From positions 256,001 through 320,000 of the forward strand of contig CAXXQS010000001.1 of the NCBI GenBank assembly GCA_963674735.2: 64,000 nt of DNA. The letters are read 5' to 3'. A model generated the notes under the pieces. It saw nothing but the letters and a program-made list of their open reading frames with translations, did no database searches and was not told the origin of the DNA. The position numbers and the translations under genes are program-made. Of the stretch, positions 1-10,422 are shown piece by piece; positions within the stretch are counted from its first letter, which is position 1; each line of letters begins with the position of its first letter. The stretch is from Myxococcota bacterium. GTDB lineage: Bacteria > Myxococcota_A > SURF-8.

Positions 1-901
1 GCGGACCGGTCGAGCGACCCGTGTTACCGACGGCGGCGATGTGGTCGCCCCGGGCCACTTTGTCACCCACTTTGACCTTGAATGCGGATAGGTGGGCGTA
101 GCGGGTGGTAAGGCCGTAACCGTGGTTAATGACGAGTACACGGCCATAGCCGTCGCGCTGACCGGTAAAAATCACCCTCCCGTCGGCGGGAGCGTAAACC
201 GGGGTTCCGATGTTGTTCGCGATGTCGATGCCTTCGTGGAAAAGCTTGCTGCCCGTGAAGGGCGAGGTGCGATACCCGAAGCCCGAGGTCGTCCAGCCTT
301 CGGAGGGCCGTACCGACGGAATGCGGGAGAGCATCATGTTTTGGTCTTCAAGGAAATTGCTCAGCTCGGCGAGCTCTTTTTCCCGCTCGGTGGAGGTTTC
401 CAGCAGGCGATCGATTTCCTGGCTTAGGTCGGCCGATTCCAGGTTGTGGAGTTTCTCGGTCAATTTGAGCGCCAGAGCTTCGTTGACGCTTCCGGCGTTC
501 CCGATGTTGGAGGCGGTTAATTCTTCGTGACTAAGCGGGCCGATACCGACCTTGCGCCGGTGATCGACGAAGTTGGTCATAATGCGCAGCTTACGGTCGA
601 AACGCTCGATGCGGTCGAGATTGTTTTCGAGCAACAGCAGTTTGGTCTGAACTCCGGCTAGCCGGTTTTTGAGCTCCAGATTTTCGCGCAGGATATGGGT
701 GTTTTCATCGCTGTAATTGGGCCGCCAGAACAAAATCGCCGACCAGGCGATGACGGTCAGCAGGACGAAAACGGATGCGAGAATTGTGCGTCGGATGGAA
801 TTGTGGCGAATCTGGTAGTGCTTAGGTTCTTTGGAGTCGCTCGGCACCACGATGATGGTATACCGTTCTTCCCTCCGCTTAAGCAATGTGGCCAGTTTCA
901 T
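1..901 (-). CDS. M23 family metallopeptidase (3'-truncated at window edge)
   Basis: Manual translation of the minus strand from ATG 901 gives an N-terminal TM helix, a coiled coil, then SGFGYRTSPFTG...HEGIDIAN...YAHL...VGNTGRSTGP, the M23 motifs. Not in the supplied ORF track because it runs off the edge. Confidence 0.9.
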   Translation of the reverse strand, partial: MKLATLLKRREERYTIIVVPSDSKEPKHYQIRHNSIRRTILASVFVLLTVIAWSAILFWRPNYSDENTHILRENLELKNRLAGVQTKLLLLENNLDRIERFDRKLRIMTNFVDHRRKVGIGPLSHEELTASNIGNAGSVNEALALKLTEKLHNLESADLSQEIDRLLETSTEREKELAELSNFLEDQNMMLSRIPSVRPSEGWTTSGFGYRTSPFTGSKLFHEGIDIANNIGTPVYAPADGRVIFTGQRDGYGRVLVINHGYGLTTRYAHLSAFKVKVGDKVARGDHIAAVGNTGRSTGP

Positions 902-1236
902 GATGTTTTTTGATTCTGTCTAGTTTGAAAAATTGGATTGCTCTCCACCCTACGGTTGAGGCGGAGGATAAGTCACTATAGTTACTCGAATAAGTAGCAA
1001 AATCAAACTTTGTTGTCAACTCTTTTCGGCGTCCGCCATCTCCGAAGGCCCCTTGTTGAATTCGTACTGTATCCTTGATTGAGCCTCCGTGCCCGGATTT
1101 TCGAGACTCGAACGGCGTTGTGGGTTCCCGGGTATTCCGATTCGGAGGAAGGGGGAATTTGGGTGAAATTATTATCGGCTCGTAACGATCTCATGCTATA
1201 CTATCGGCCCGGAATATCGGGCAATATTGAGGACGT

Positions 1237-2313
1237 ATGGCAGTCAAAAATGTAAAGAGTACAAAGAATCCCGTTGAAGCGGCGACTGAGTCGATGCCGA
1301 ACGACGAGATGGAGAGCGGGATGGTGAGCGATGGCGACATCGTAGCCGGTCACGATCAGGAAGACGAGGAGGCGCAGCCGATCGAGGAGCCATCCGATGC
1401 GGCGACCTCCGCGCCGGGAACGGCGGTAGTGCTTAGTTCGGCGCGGTCCGTTGCGCGTACCGATCTGCTGCAACGCTACCTGATGGATGTTCGTCGCTAT
1501 CCCTTGCTGAGTCGCGAAGAAGAACACGATCTGGCGGTGAAATACGCGGAGACGCAGGATTCGCAATATGCGCATTTGCTCGTGACGTCGAATCTGCGGC
1601 TCGTGGTGAAAATCGCCAATGATTACCAGAAATACTGGATGAATTTGTTGGACCTCGTTCAGGAGGGTAACGTGGGCTTGATGCAGGCCGTCAAGCATTA
1701 CGACCCCTACCGGGGAGTCAAGCTCTCTTCTTATTCCTCCTTCTGGATCAAGGCCTATATTCTGAAATTCATCATCGACAACTGGTCGCTGGTCAAAATC
1801 GGGACCACCCAGGCGCAGCGCAAGCTGTTTTTCAACCTGAAAAAAGAGCATGAACGCTTCGCCCAGTTGGGATACGATCCCGATGCTTCACGCATCGCCA
1901 AGAGCCTGAATGTCAAGCAGGAAGTGGTGGAGGAGATGCAGCAACGCATGGCGGGGGGGGACTTGTCGCTGGATCAGCCCTTGGGGGATGATTCGGAGGA
2001 AAGCCACCTGGACATGCTGGCCGGCCGGGAGCAGGACATTTCCGATCATCTGGCGGACGTTGAGGTTCGGGATCTGTTCCGCAGCAAGATTGCATCCTTT
2101 CAGGAAAAGTTGGCCGAGAAGGAACGCTACATCTTCGAAAAACGATTGATGGCCGAGCAACCGGAAACGTTAAACCAGATCGGGGAACGCTTCGGAGTTT
2201 CGCGCGAACGGATTCGCCAGTTGGAAGAGCGTTTGATCAAGCGTCTGCGCGACTATTTTCGTGAAGAAGTTCCCGATTTGTCCGATTTTGCAGTAGAACG
2301 GCCCAAAGACTGA
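1237..2313 (+). CDS. rpoH: RNA polymerase sigma factor, sigma-32/RpoH family
   Basis: DLVQEGNVGLM region 2, RpoH box QRKLFFNLKK, and region 4 GVSRERIRQLE. Confidence 0.85.
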   Translation: MAVKNVKSTKNPVEAATESMPNDEMESGMVSDGDIVAGHDQEDEEAQPIEEPSDAATSAPGTAVVLSSARSVARTDLLQRYLMDVRRYPLLSREEEHDLAVKYAETQDSQYAHLLVTSNLRLVVKIANDYQKYWMNLLDLVQEGNVGLMQAVKHYDPYRGVKLSSYSSFWIKAYILKFIIDNWSLVKIGTTQAQRKLFFNLKKEHERFAQLGYDPDASRIAKSLNVKQEVVEEMQQRMAGGDLSLDQPLGDDSEESHLDMLAGREQDISDHLADVEVRDLFRSKIASFQEKLAEKERYIFEKRLMAEQPETLNQIGERFGVSRERIRQLEERLIKRLRDYFREEVPDLSDFAVERPKD

Positions 2314-2477
2314 GTGGGCCGGGGGATCTGATTTTTCAAAACCGAAACCGGGGGGACGAACCGGCCATTTTCCTTGCATGCCGGGTTCGTGGAAAGCATA
2401 ATCGGAGCGTCGATGCGCGAGTGACCGTGTTTCGACGTCTGCAAGCTGCCGCACATTTTTTGGGAGGAGAGTATACG

Positions 2478-5030
2478 ATGAATATTCGTCCATATAGCGT
2501 TCGGCCGTCGCTGCCCAAGCGCCTGTCCCCTCTGATGGACATCGCGAATAATCAATATTGGACCTGGATTCCCGAAGCCGTTCAGCTTTTTCAGCGCATC
2601 GATCTCGATTTGTGGGAGTCCAGCTACCACAATCCGACTTTGATGCTGGGACGTCTGAACCAGGATCGCTTTGCGGAGTTGCTTGGCGATGAAAGCTTTC
2701 TGGCCCACATGGACAACGTGGCGATCGAGTTGGAGGACTACCTGCACTCGACCACCTGGTACAGCCAACATGCCGATAGCAAGCCGAATATGCGGGTGTG
2801 TTATTTCTCCGCCGAATTCGGTCTGCACGAATCCTTGCCGATCTACTCCGGTGGTCTGGGGTTGCTGGCGGGCGATCATTTGAAATCGGCCAGCGATCTG
2901 GGGCTGCCGCTGACCGCCATCGGTCTGTTGTATCGCCAGGGTTACTTTCGGCAGTACCTCAATGCCGAGGGCTGGCAGCAGGAAACCTTTCCCGAACTCG
3001 ATTTCACCAACATGCCCCTCACGCTTCTCAAGGACGAAGAGGGGCGGCCGCTCAGTTTCCGGATTCCGGTGCTCGATCGGCAGGTGACGGCGCAGATCTG
3101 GCTGCTGCAGGTGGGGCGTATCGAGTTGTATTTGCTCGATACCAATACGGAGGAAAACCAGGAGGAAGACCGGCGCATTACCGATCAACTCTACGGGGGT
3201 GATTTGGAAATGCGCATCAAGCAGGAAATCCTGCTGGGTGTGGGCGGTATGCGGGCGCTAAAAACCCTGGGGATTGTCCCGACCGTCTGTCACATGAACG
3301 AAGGGCACTCGGCCTTTTTGGCCCTGGAGCGTATTCGCACCATTATCGAACAGCACGGAATGAGCTTCGCCGAGGCGGCCGAGCTGGTATCGGCGAGCAA
3401 TGTCTTTACCACCCATACCCCCGTTCCCGCCGGAAACGACATTTTCCCGGCGGATTTGGTGGAACGCTATTTCCACTCCTATTACAGCGAGCTGGGATTG
3501 GCCCGCGAACAGTTTCTGGGATTGGGTCGCCAGGATCCATTCGACCACCAGGAACCTTTCTGTATGACCGTGCTGGCCATGCGTTTGGCTGCTTCGCGAA
3601 ACGGCGTGTCGGAACTGCACGGCAGCGTGTCGCGCAATATGTGGAAGCGCATCTGGCCGGGCTTGCCGAACGAGGAAATTCCCATCGACCATATTACCAA
3701 CGGCGTGCATACCGCCGGTTGGGCCTCCAACGAACACGCGCAACTTTATTCGCGTTATCTGGGGCCGCGCTGGCGGTTGCTGTCGCAGGATGAACGAGCC
3801 TGGGCGGGGGTGGACCGCATCCCCGACGCCGAGCTTTGGCGGACGCATGAACGTCGTCGTGAACGGCTGGTGGCTTTTGCCCGTAAGCGCGTCGTGCAGC
3901 ATTTGTCGAATCGAGGCGCGCTGCAGTCCGACATCCGGCGGGCCAGCGAGATTCTCGACCCGGAGGCGTTGACCATCGGTTTTGCCCGGCGGTTCGCCAC
4001 CTACAAGCGTGGAGCCATGTTGCTGAGCGATTCTGCACGTCTGGAAAAGATTCTCAACGATCCCGATCGGCCGGTGCAGATCCTGTTTGCCGGAAAGGCG
4101 CACCCACGCGATCAACTTGGAAAAGAGGTCATCAAGCGGATCGTGCAAGCCGCCCGTGAACCGCGCTTCCGTAACCGGCTGGTGTTCTTGGAGGATTACG
4201 ATATCAACGTGGCGCATTACCTGGTGCAGGGGGTGGATGTATGGATCAACAATCCGCGCCGTCCCCTCGAAGCGTCGGGTACGAGCGGAATGAAGGTGTC
4301 CGTCAACGGCGGCCTCAACGTCAGCGTGTTGGACGGCTGGTGGGTGGAAGCCTATGCCGGGGATAACGGCTGGGCGATCGGAGCGGGCGAAGAGTACGCC
4401 GATCACGACTACCAGGACCAGGTGGAAAGCCGCGCCCTGTATGACCTGCTCGAAAAAGAAGTGGTTCCGATGTTCTACAACCGTGGACGCGACGGCTTGC
4501 CGCGTGACTGGATCGCCCATATGAAGGGCGCCATTCGCAGCATCGCTCCCAATTTCAGCACTCATCGGATGGTAAGCGACTATTTCGAGAAATTCTATGT
4601 TGCGGCCAGCCGGTCGCTGGACCGATTCTCGGCCGATAATTTCAAGGCTGCTCGTGAGTTGGCCGAGTGGAAGAACTCGATTCGCCGCCGCTGGATGCAT
4701 ATCGAAATTCAATCGGTGGAGGCCGGAGCTCCGGGCGATATGGCCGTCGGTGGGACTTTGCCGATCGAGGCGTCGCTAAGGCTCGGTGAGATCATGCCCA
4801 CCGAAGTGTCGGTGGAGGCTTACTACGGACGCCTTGATTCCACTGGGCAAATTCGCGACGGACGCACCTTGCCGTTGAAAATCCATAAAACCGAGGGCGA
4901 TGGCCGCTATCTTTTCGCAGGTCAGATTCCCCTCGATTACGCCGGACGCTGCGGCTATGCCGTGCGCGTGTTGCCCGTCCACCCGCTGATGGTCCAGCGT
5001 TTCGAGCCGGGACTGGTGTTGTGGGGCTGA
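2478..5030 (+). CDS. glgP: Alpha-glucan (glycogen/starch) phosphorylase
   Basis: YFSAEFG, YSGGLG, GFARRFATYKR and EASGTSGMK (PLP lysine) motifs; GGAGGAG RBS before ATG 2478. Confidence 0.95.
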   Translation: MNIRPYSVRPSLPKRLSPLMDIANNQYWTWIPEAVQLFQRIDLDLWESSYHNPTLMLGRLNQDRFAELLGDESFLAHMDNVAIELEDYLHSTTWYSQHADSKPNMRVCYFSAEFGLHESLPIYSGGLGLLAGDHLKSASDLGLPLTAIGLLYRQGYFRQYLNAEGWQQETFPELDFTNMPLTLLKDEEGRPLSFRIPVLDRQVTAQIWLLQVGRIELYLLDTNTEENQEEDRRITDQLYGGDLEMRIKQEILLGVGGMRALKTLGIVPTVCHMNEGHSAFLALERIRTIIEQHGMSFAEAAELVSASNVFTTHTPVPAGNDIFPADLVERYFHSYYSELGLAREQFLGLGRQDPFDHQEPFCMTVLAMRLAASRNGVSELHGSVSRNMWKRIWPGLPNEEIPIDHITNGVHTAGWASNEHAQLYSRYLGPRWRLLSQDERAWAGVDRIPDAELWRTHERRRERLVAFARKRVVQHLSNRGALQSDIRRASEILDPEALTIGFARRFATYKRGAMLLSDSARLEKILNDPDRPVQILFAGKAHPRDQLGKEVIKRIVQAAREPRFRNRLVFLEDYDINVAHYLVQGVDVWINNPRRPLEASGTSGMKVSVNGGLNVSVLDGWWVEAYAGDNGWAIGAGEEYADHDYQDQVESRALYDLLEKEVVPMFYNRGRDGLPRDWIAHMKGAIRSIAPNFSTHRMVSDYFEKFYVAASRSLDRFSADNFKAARELAEWKNSIRRRWMHIEIQSVEAGAPGDMAVGGTLPIEASLRLGEIMPTEVSVEAYYGRLDSTGQIRDGRTLPLKIHKTEGDGRYLFAGQIPLDYAGRCGYAVRVLPVHPLMVQRFEPGLVLWG

Positions 5031-5205
5031 AAAGAAGCGTAAAACGCATCTCGGAGGTCTGGCTGGGAAGAGAAAGCCGGGGTACTTAGTGGATTAACCT
5101 CAATGTAAAAAATGCCGGATCACCAAATGATTGCTTGACGAATGCCTTTTCATTGTGGTAACAAATCGTCAATAGGGTTTAGCTTTTTTCGGGGAGGTAA
5201 AGGTA

Positions 5206-5514
5206 ATGGCGACTGAAAAGAAGGCGATGACGAAGGCTCAGGTCGTGGCGTATTTCGCGGAAAAGTTTGAAATGCCCAAAAAGACCTCGGCGGCGATCCT
5301 GGAAGAATTGGCGGCTTTGGCTGCTAAAGAAACCAAGAAAGTCGGTGAGTTCACCATTCCGGGTATCGGCAAACTGAGCAAGACGAAGCGCAAGGCACGC
5401 AAGGGCCGCAATCCGGCTACCGGCGAAGCGATCAAAATTCCGGCCAAGACCGTCGTGAAACTGCGTGTTTCCAAGGCTTGCAAGGACGCTGTTGTTCCGC
5501 CGAAAAAGAAGTAA
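5206..5514 (+). CDS. hup: HU family DNA-binding protein
   Basis: 102 aa basic protein with RKGRNPATGEAIKIPAK; GGAGG RBS. Confidence 0.92.
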   Translation: MATEKKAMTKAQVVAYFAEKFEMPKKTSAAILEELAALAAKETKKVGEFTIPGIGKLSKTKRKARKGRNPATGEAIKIPAKTVVKLRVSKACKDAVVPPKKK

Positions 5515-5532
5515 CACATTCTGTAGCAAGTG

Positions 5533-5560
5533 AAAAGGGACGGCTTCAGCCGTCCCTTTT
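5533..5560. terminator. Bidirectional intrinsic terminator
   Basis: AAAAGGGACGGC-TTCA-GCCGTCCCTTTT between convergent genes. Confidence 0.85.
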
Positions 5561-5581
5561 AGCGTTTATGGCTTAAAAAAT

Positions 5582-6661
5582 TCAATCGCCCGATGTCGGC
5601 AGGACGATCCGCACGTAGAATTCGATCCAGCTCTGGCCGAGTTGGTTTTCAACGCCGTTGTCGCGCAGGATGCACCAAACCGGTACGAGGTTGGGATCGA
5701 CGCGCGGGTCCACGTTTTCCTGGCCGCTCTGGTTGGATTGGCCTTCGGCCGGGAATTGGTAAAAGGGCGGCTCCCAGGTTTGCTCGCGTTCGCGCCGACC
5801 GCCGAAATCGCCTTCCGTTGAAATCCACTGATAACGCACGGCCGTCTCCATATCGCCTTCATCCTCGGCGTCGAGGACGAAAACCAACGGTTCGGCCCGG
5901 CTGATGTCGTAGACGAACGGCTGGGCGGCCGCCGCCGCACGGCCTGCCGCGATGTCGTCGTGATAACTGGCAACAAAAACCACGTCGTTTTCGTCGGTGC
6001 CGCTGCGCACCGAAACCCGGTTGACGCGCGGATTACGGTTCATCTCGTCGCGTTGGCTGACAATCAGGGTGCGCAAGGCCATTTTCAGCGTGCCATCCGA
6101 AATGAGCGCTTCGATGTCGGCCAGGGCATTCTCCGGGTTGCTGAGGTCGGGCAGGGCGTCCGCATCGATACCCAGCAGCAGCGTCAAGACTTGCGGAGCC
6201 AGGCCGTTGTCATCGAAGGTGTAGGCCTGCGCATCGGGGACGGTGAAGGTGAAGCTGGGTCCGAAGCCGATATTGTCCATGTCGGCGCTGTCATCGAGTG
6301 CCGTCTCGCCGTCTTCGGAATCGAGGCTGCCTTCGCTGACGGTCGTTCCGGCAAAACCGCTGTTGCCCGGTGGCGAAAGCATCCAGAACTGCAGGGGCGG
6401 GGCGAGTGGACCCAGTTGATCGCCCATCAGGAAGGTGGCCGTTACCGTGTCGCCGGGCGCGGCTTCGGGCGGTTCCAGAATGATCGACAGGATTTCCGGT
6501 TTCATCAGCTTGGAAGTGGTGCCGTCTTCGAAGGTATCGCCGCAAGAAGCCGATGTCAGGAGTAGCGCTGAGCAGAGGATTACCGGCACGATCCATTTCT
6601 GTAAGAGATGAGATGTCGTCATAATCGTTGCCTTTGTCTTGTTTCGCCGATTCATCACCAC
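5582..6661 (-). CDS. Lipoprotein associated with the TonB-dependent receptor (start uncertain)
   Basis: Hydrophobic signal ending ...TSASC; directly downstream of the TBDR in the same operon. Confidence 0.7.
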   Translation of the reverse strand: MVMNRRNKTKATIMTTSHLLQKWIVPVILCSALLLTSASCGDTFEDGTTSKLMKPEILSIILEPPEAAPGDTVTATFLMGDQLGPLAPPLQFWMLSPPGNSGFAGTTVSEGSLDSEDGETALDDSADMDNIGFGPSFTFTVPDAQAYTFDDNGLAPQVLTLLLGIDADALPDLSNPENALADIEALISDGTLKMALRTLIVSQRDEMNRNPRVNRVSVRSGTDENDVVFVASYHDDIAAGRAAAAAQPFVYDISRAEPLVFVLDAEDEGDMETAVRYQWISTEGDFGGRREREQTWEPPFYQFPAEGQSNQSGQENVDPRVDPNLVPVWCILRDNGVENQLGQSWIEFYVRIVLPTSGD

Positions 6662-6664
6662 CTC

Positions 6665-9121
6665 CTAAAATTCAGCCCGCAAACCGATGCTGGGTAAGAT
6701 GGGCAAATTTTTGAAATCCACGCGTTCCGAATAATCGTAATTGTAGTTCACCCCGATTGTGTTGGAACGGTAATACACGCTCTGGACATCCAGGTAGGTG
6801 GTCAGTTTCCAGGTGTTGAACACCCAGTCCTTATCCAGGCGGATATCGAGACGGTGATAGGGTTCGAAACGCTCCGACGATTTGTTTTGCTTGTCGTAAA
6901 TCGGCAGGAAGGTGCCGTTGTCGGCGTTCATGATGCTGCCGTTGATGTCGGTGTAGGGTTCGCCGGAGGTAAACTGGAAGCGTCCGCCGATACGCCAGGT
7001 TTTAAGGAACTGGTAAGAGGCCACGATCACCAGATTGTGCGTCTGATCCATATCGAAGAAGCGATACGGGGTGCCGGGGCCGTCGTTGCGCATGGCGCGT
7101 GAGACGCTGTAGCTGATCCAGCCGAAAAAGTTGTTGGCCATGTTGTGGCGCAGCATCACTTCACCGCCCACCACGTAACCCTTCGCGTTGTTGGCATAAA
7201 AATCATCCGGGTTACTGGGGTTTTCGTCGGCGTTGACCAATTTGTCCAGGTATTTATAGTATCCCTGTACGTCCAGCGACAGGAAGGGCAGGATGTCCCA
7301 TTCGAAACCCGCCACGGTATGGACGGCGCGCTCGTAGTCCAGGTTGTCGTTGCCGAAAGGTTCGAATACTTCATCCGGGTCGGGGATGCGTTGATAAAGA
7401 CCTACGGCCGTTTTGAGAGCTAATTGGTCGATAACCTGATAGCGCAGGTTGAGGCGTGGGCTGACGGCGTATTGGTCGATTTCGCTGTAATAATCCACGC
7501 GCAGGCCGGGGACGATGAGTACCGGGTCGAAGGCCAGTTCGTCGTAGATGTAGAATCCTACAAGCCAGTCCTGCCCGGTTTGATCGGTCTGGATTTTCTC
7601 ACTGTTGGAAAAAGAATAGTCGACGTCGCCTTCTTTGGGCGGGCGTGTGAGATTGGAACTGATATGGGCGGTTCGCGGCTCGATCTGGGCGCCGACGTGC
7701 AGGTTGTGGTTTGTCGAGAATTTGAAGGTCAGATCCTCGTATAGTTCGGGGACATACGAATCGAGGTTGAAGTAATACTCCTTGCCGATATAGGCTTTCA
7801 GACTTTGGAAGCGGAAGCCGGGCGAGAAGTCCGAACGGATGAAGTCGTCATCGTAGACGTAATGGGCGAAGACGCTGTGGAACATGGTCTCGAATCCGAT
7901 GTTGCCGGTGAATTCCGGTTCGCTGTCGTTGACCAGATTGCTGACCAGTTCCAGTTTATCGAGTCCGCCGTACCAATCGACGCTGACATAGTGATTTTTA
8001 TTGATCTGCCAGTCCCATTTGAACTGGTAGTCGTAATAAACGGGCAGGGTGGTGAAACTGAAATCGTCGCTGTCGGGCAGCACGGCCGGCAGAATGAGGT
8101 CGATCATCGAGCGGCGGAATGCGAAGGCGATGCCCATGTCGTCGATGATGGGGCCCTCCGCCAGAGCGGTGACGTCCAGCAGCGAGGTGTCGACGTAGCC
8201 GCCCCACTGGTCGAGTTTGGGGCGTTTGGTTTTGAGTTCCACGATTCCGCCGGTGGCATTGCCGAATTCGGCGCCAAAACCGCCCTGATACAGGCTGACT
8301 TCCTTGAGCAAGTCGGAATTGTATACCGACTTCAGACCGCCGAAGTGGAAAAGCTGGGGGATTTCATGGCCGTCGATGATGGTGCGACTGTCCTCGGCGT
8401 TGGATCCGCGAATGACCACGCCCTGGGAACTGGTTCCGCCGCGCGCCACGCCCGGCATGTTTTCGACCACCCGCACCGCGTCGCCGAGTGTTCCGGGGAT
8501 GACGGTCAATTCCTCGATGGAGATGGTTTTACGCGAGACTTCCTTCTTGATTTTCTTGCCGCGAACCACCACTTCCAGGTTTCCGTAAATTTTGGGTTCG
8601 AGGTAATACACCACTTCCACGGCCTCGCCCTCGACGATCGTCTCCTCGGTTTCGAAGTTTTCATAGTTCATCGAGGGTACAATGACGGCGTAGGTGCCGG
8701 TCGGCAGGCCGCGAAACTCGAAATAGGCGTTCTGATCGCTGGTGGCGCTGCGATCGGTGCCCTTGAGATAGACGGTGATATCGCTGAGCAGACGGCGTGT
8801 TCCGCGTTCTTTCAAAATGCCCGAGAAGTTGATAGTTCCCGGGAGGTCTTCGATTGGGGGCGCTGTCGCGTCGTCTTCGATTTCGACTTCCACGCCATCT
8901 TCATCAAGCGAGCCGTCCTCCCATTCGACGATGGGCTCGCTGTCGTCAACGGGGACGTCGGTCTCACTTCCGTCGGTCGCAGAAGCTTCGGCGGCGGGGG
9001 CCGAGTCGTCGGGAGTCTCCACCGGGATTGCGGATGGCTCCTGTGCCGCAACGGAGGCGGCCCAAAGCCAGCATCCGAATAAGACAGAAAGAGCGAGGAA
9101 TTTCAGTCGCGTCATGATCAT
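6665..9121 (-). CDS. TonB-dependent outer membrane receptor
   Basis: Signal peptide, carboxypeptidase-regulatory-like domain, plug (IRGS...IDG), beta-barrel ending GLRAEF. Confidence 0.92.
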   Translation of the reverse strand: MIMTRLKFLALSVLFGCWLWAASVAAQEPSAIPVETPDDSAPAAEASATDGSETDVPVDDSEPIVEWEDGSLDEDGVEVEIEDDATAPPIEDLPGTINFSGILKERGTRRLLSDITVYLKGTDRSATSDQNAYFEFRGLPTGTYAVIVPSMNYENFETEETIVEGEAVEVVYYLEPKIYGNLEVVVRGKKIKKEVSRKTISIEELTVIPGTLGDAVRVVENMPGVARGGTSSQGVVIRGSNAEDSRTIIDGHEIPQLFHFGGLKSVYNSDLLKEVSLYQGGFGAEFGNATGGIVELKTKRPKLDQWGGYVDTSLLDVTALAEGPIIDDMGIAFAFRRSMIDLILPAVLPDSDDFSFTTLPVYYDYQFKWDWQINKNHYVSVDWYGGLDKLELVSNLVNDSEPEFTGNIGFETMFHSVFAHYVYDDDFIRSDFSPGFRFQSLKAYIGKEYYFNLDSYVPELYEDLTFKFSTNHNLHVGAQIEPRTAHISSNLTRPPKEGDVDYSFSNSEKIQTDQTGQDWLVGFYIYDELAFDPVLIVPGLRVDYYSEIDQYAVSPRLNLRYQVIDQLALKTAVGLYQRIPDPDEVFEPFGNDNLDYERAVHTVAGFEWDILPFLSLDVQGYYKYLDKLVNADENPSNPDDFYANNAKGYVVGGEVMLRHNMANNFFGWISYSVSRAMRNDGPGTPYRFFDMDQTHNLVIVASYQFLKTWRIGGRFQFTSGEPYTDINGSIMNADNGTFLPIYDKQNKSSERFEPYHRLDIRLDKDWVFNTWKLTTYLDVQSVYYRSNTIGVNYNYDYSERVDFKNLPILPSIGLRAEF

Positions 9122-9142
9122 GTTTTCCCCCAGCCGGATTGG

Positions 9143-9901
9143 CTAGTCTTCAAGCACGAATCGATAGGGTATGCGGAGTTTGACCGGAACCGGCGTGTTT
9201 CCTTTGAGTCCCGGTTTGAAGGAAGAACCGCGAACGGCGGCGACAGCCGCTTCGTCCAGTCCGTAACCGAGCTTTTTCAATATCCGGACTTTCAACACCT
9301 TACCCGTCTTCGAAATCAGCACTTCCAGTTCGACAACACCTTCGATTTCATTTCGCCGCGCTTCATCCGGATATTTGGGGATGGCGCGGTCCTTAAAAGA
9401 GGGAACACGCGAGAGCTCGTAAACTGGTACCGGGCGGATGCGTTTTTTTGCCGGAGGAAGGGTTTTTACGGCATTGGGATCGGTGTATTCTTTCTCCATT
9501 TCCTTGTTCAAGGTGTTCCCCACACGAACCGAAACACCGGAATCCCCAGTGGAAACACTATCTTTCGTGACACCGAAGACTTCCTTGGGTGGCTCGGTGG
9601 GCGGTTCCGGCGGCGGTGGCTCCACCTTGTTCGGTTTGGGGGGCGGTTTAATTTTCGGTTTTGGTTTTGGCTTGGGTTTTGGCTTCGGTTTTGGTTTGGG
9701 CTCGGGCTGCTTGACTTCCGGTTTCGGTTCCGGCGGTTTGGGTCGCTCCTGAATCGTGACACGGATGGTTTTGTATTGTTCCCGCTCATCGGGGATCAAT
9801 TCGGCCGAGACCGTGAGAAATCCGAAATGGATGACCAGCGAGGCCACGAACGGAATCCACAGAAAACTCCGTTTCCGTGATGTCCGCGAGATATGCAGCA
9901 T
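9143..9901 (-). CDS. tonB: Energy transducer TonB
   Basis: N-terminal TM helix with SxxxH, PK/PE-rich linker, C-terminal YPDEARRNEIEGVV domain. Confidence 0.9.
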   Translation of the reverse strand: MLHISRTSRKRSFLWIPFVASLVIHFGFLTVSAELIPDEREQYKTIRVTIQERPKPPEPKPEVKQPEPKPKPKPKPKPKPKPKIKPPPKPNKVEPPPPEPPTEPPKEVFGVTKDSVSTGDSGVSVRVGNTLNKEMEKEYTDPNAVKTLPPAKKRIRPVPVYELSRVPSFKDRAIPKYPDEARRNEIEGVVELEVLISKTGKVLKVRILKKLGYGLDEAAVAAVRGSSFKPGLKGNTPVPVKLRIPYRFVLED

Positions 9902-9946
9902 CTGATGTCGCCTTATTACAGCTTGAAGCTTTTTCCGCTGCCGGTT

Positions 9947-10132
9947 CTAGGTTGTATAAAACAGGATGATGGTCAAACAGTGGAACTCGTTATCGCTCGA
10001 CTGGCGGCACTCGGTATTGACGATCTTATACTGCGGGTGCTTGCCCAGCCACTCCGTAATCACGTTGCCCAGCGCCTCTCGTTCCTTGGCTTTTGTCGCC
10101 GAGAAAACCTTCACCCCAGTGTACTGGGTCAT
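9947..10132 (-). CDS. Small conserved-looking hypothetical protein (61 aa)
   Basis: MTQYTGVKVFSATKAKERE...QSSDNEFHCLTIILFYTT with GAGGAGG RBS; resembles a small protein family I recall from myxobacteria (not verified). Confidence 0.7.
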   Translation of the reverse strand: MTQYTGVKVFSATKAKEREALGNVITEWLGKHPQYKIVNTECRQSSDNEFHCLTIILFYTT

Positions 10133-10422
10133 CCGCCACCTCCTCACACCCTCCACATGGCTGTGTTCCATGCTGTCGGCTGTCGTGTCCTCGGGGATCG
10201 ACGGGTGCAGCGCTGAAGCTAACCCGTCATATATACACCGGTTTTGCCTCCGATGCAAGCCTGCCACGGTATTCTAACCTTTGGTTTTCAAGCGCAGCAT
10301 TTTCTTAACGGTGCCCGCCGTGATCCCGCCGTTCATCGTCTTTAAAAAAGGATGCGATCCGTGCGGGTTCTATTCCGTAATCGAAGTCTTCGCTAACGAT
10401 TCGAAATGTAACGGGATTCCGA

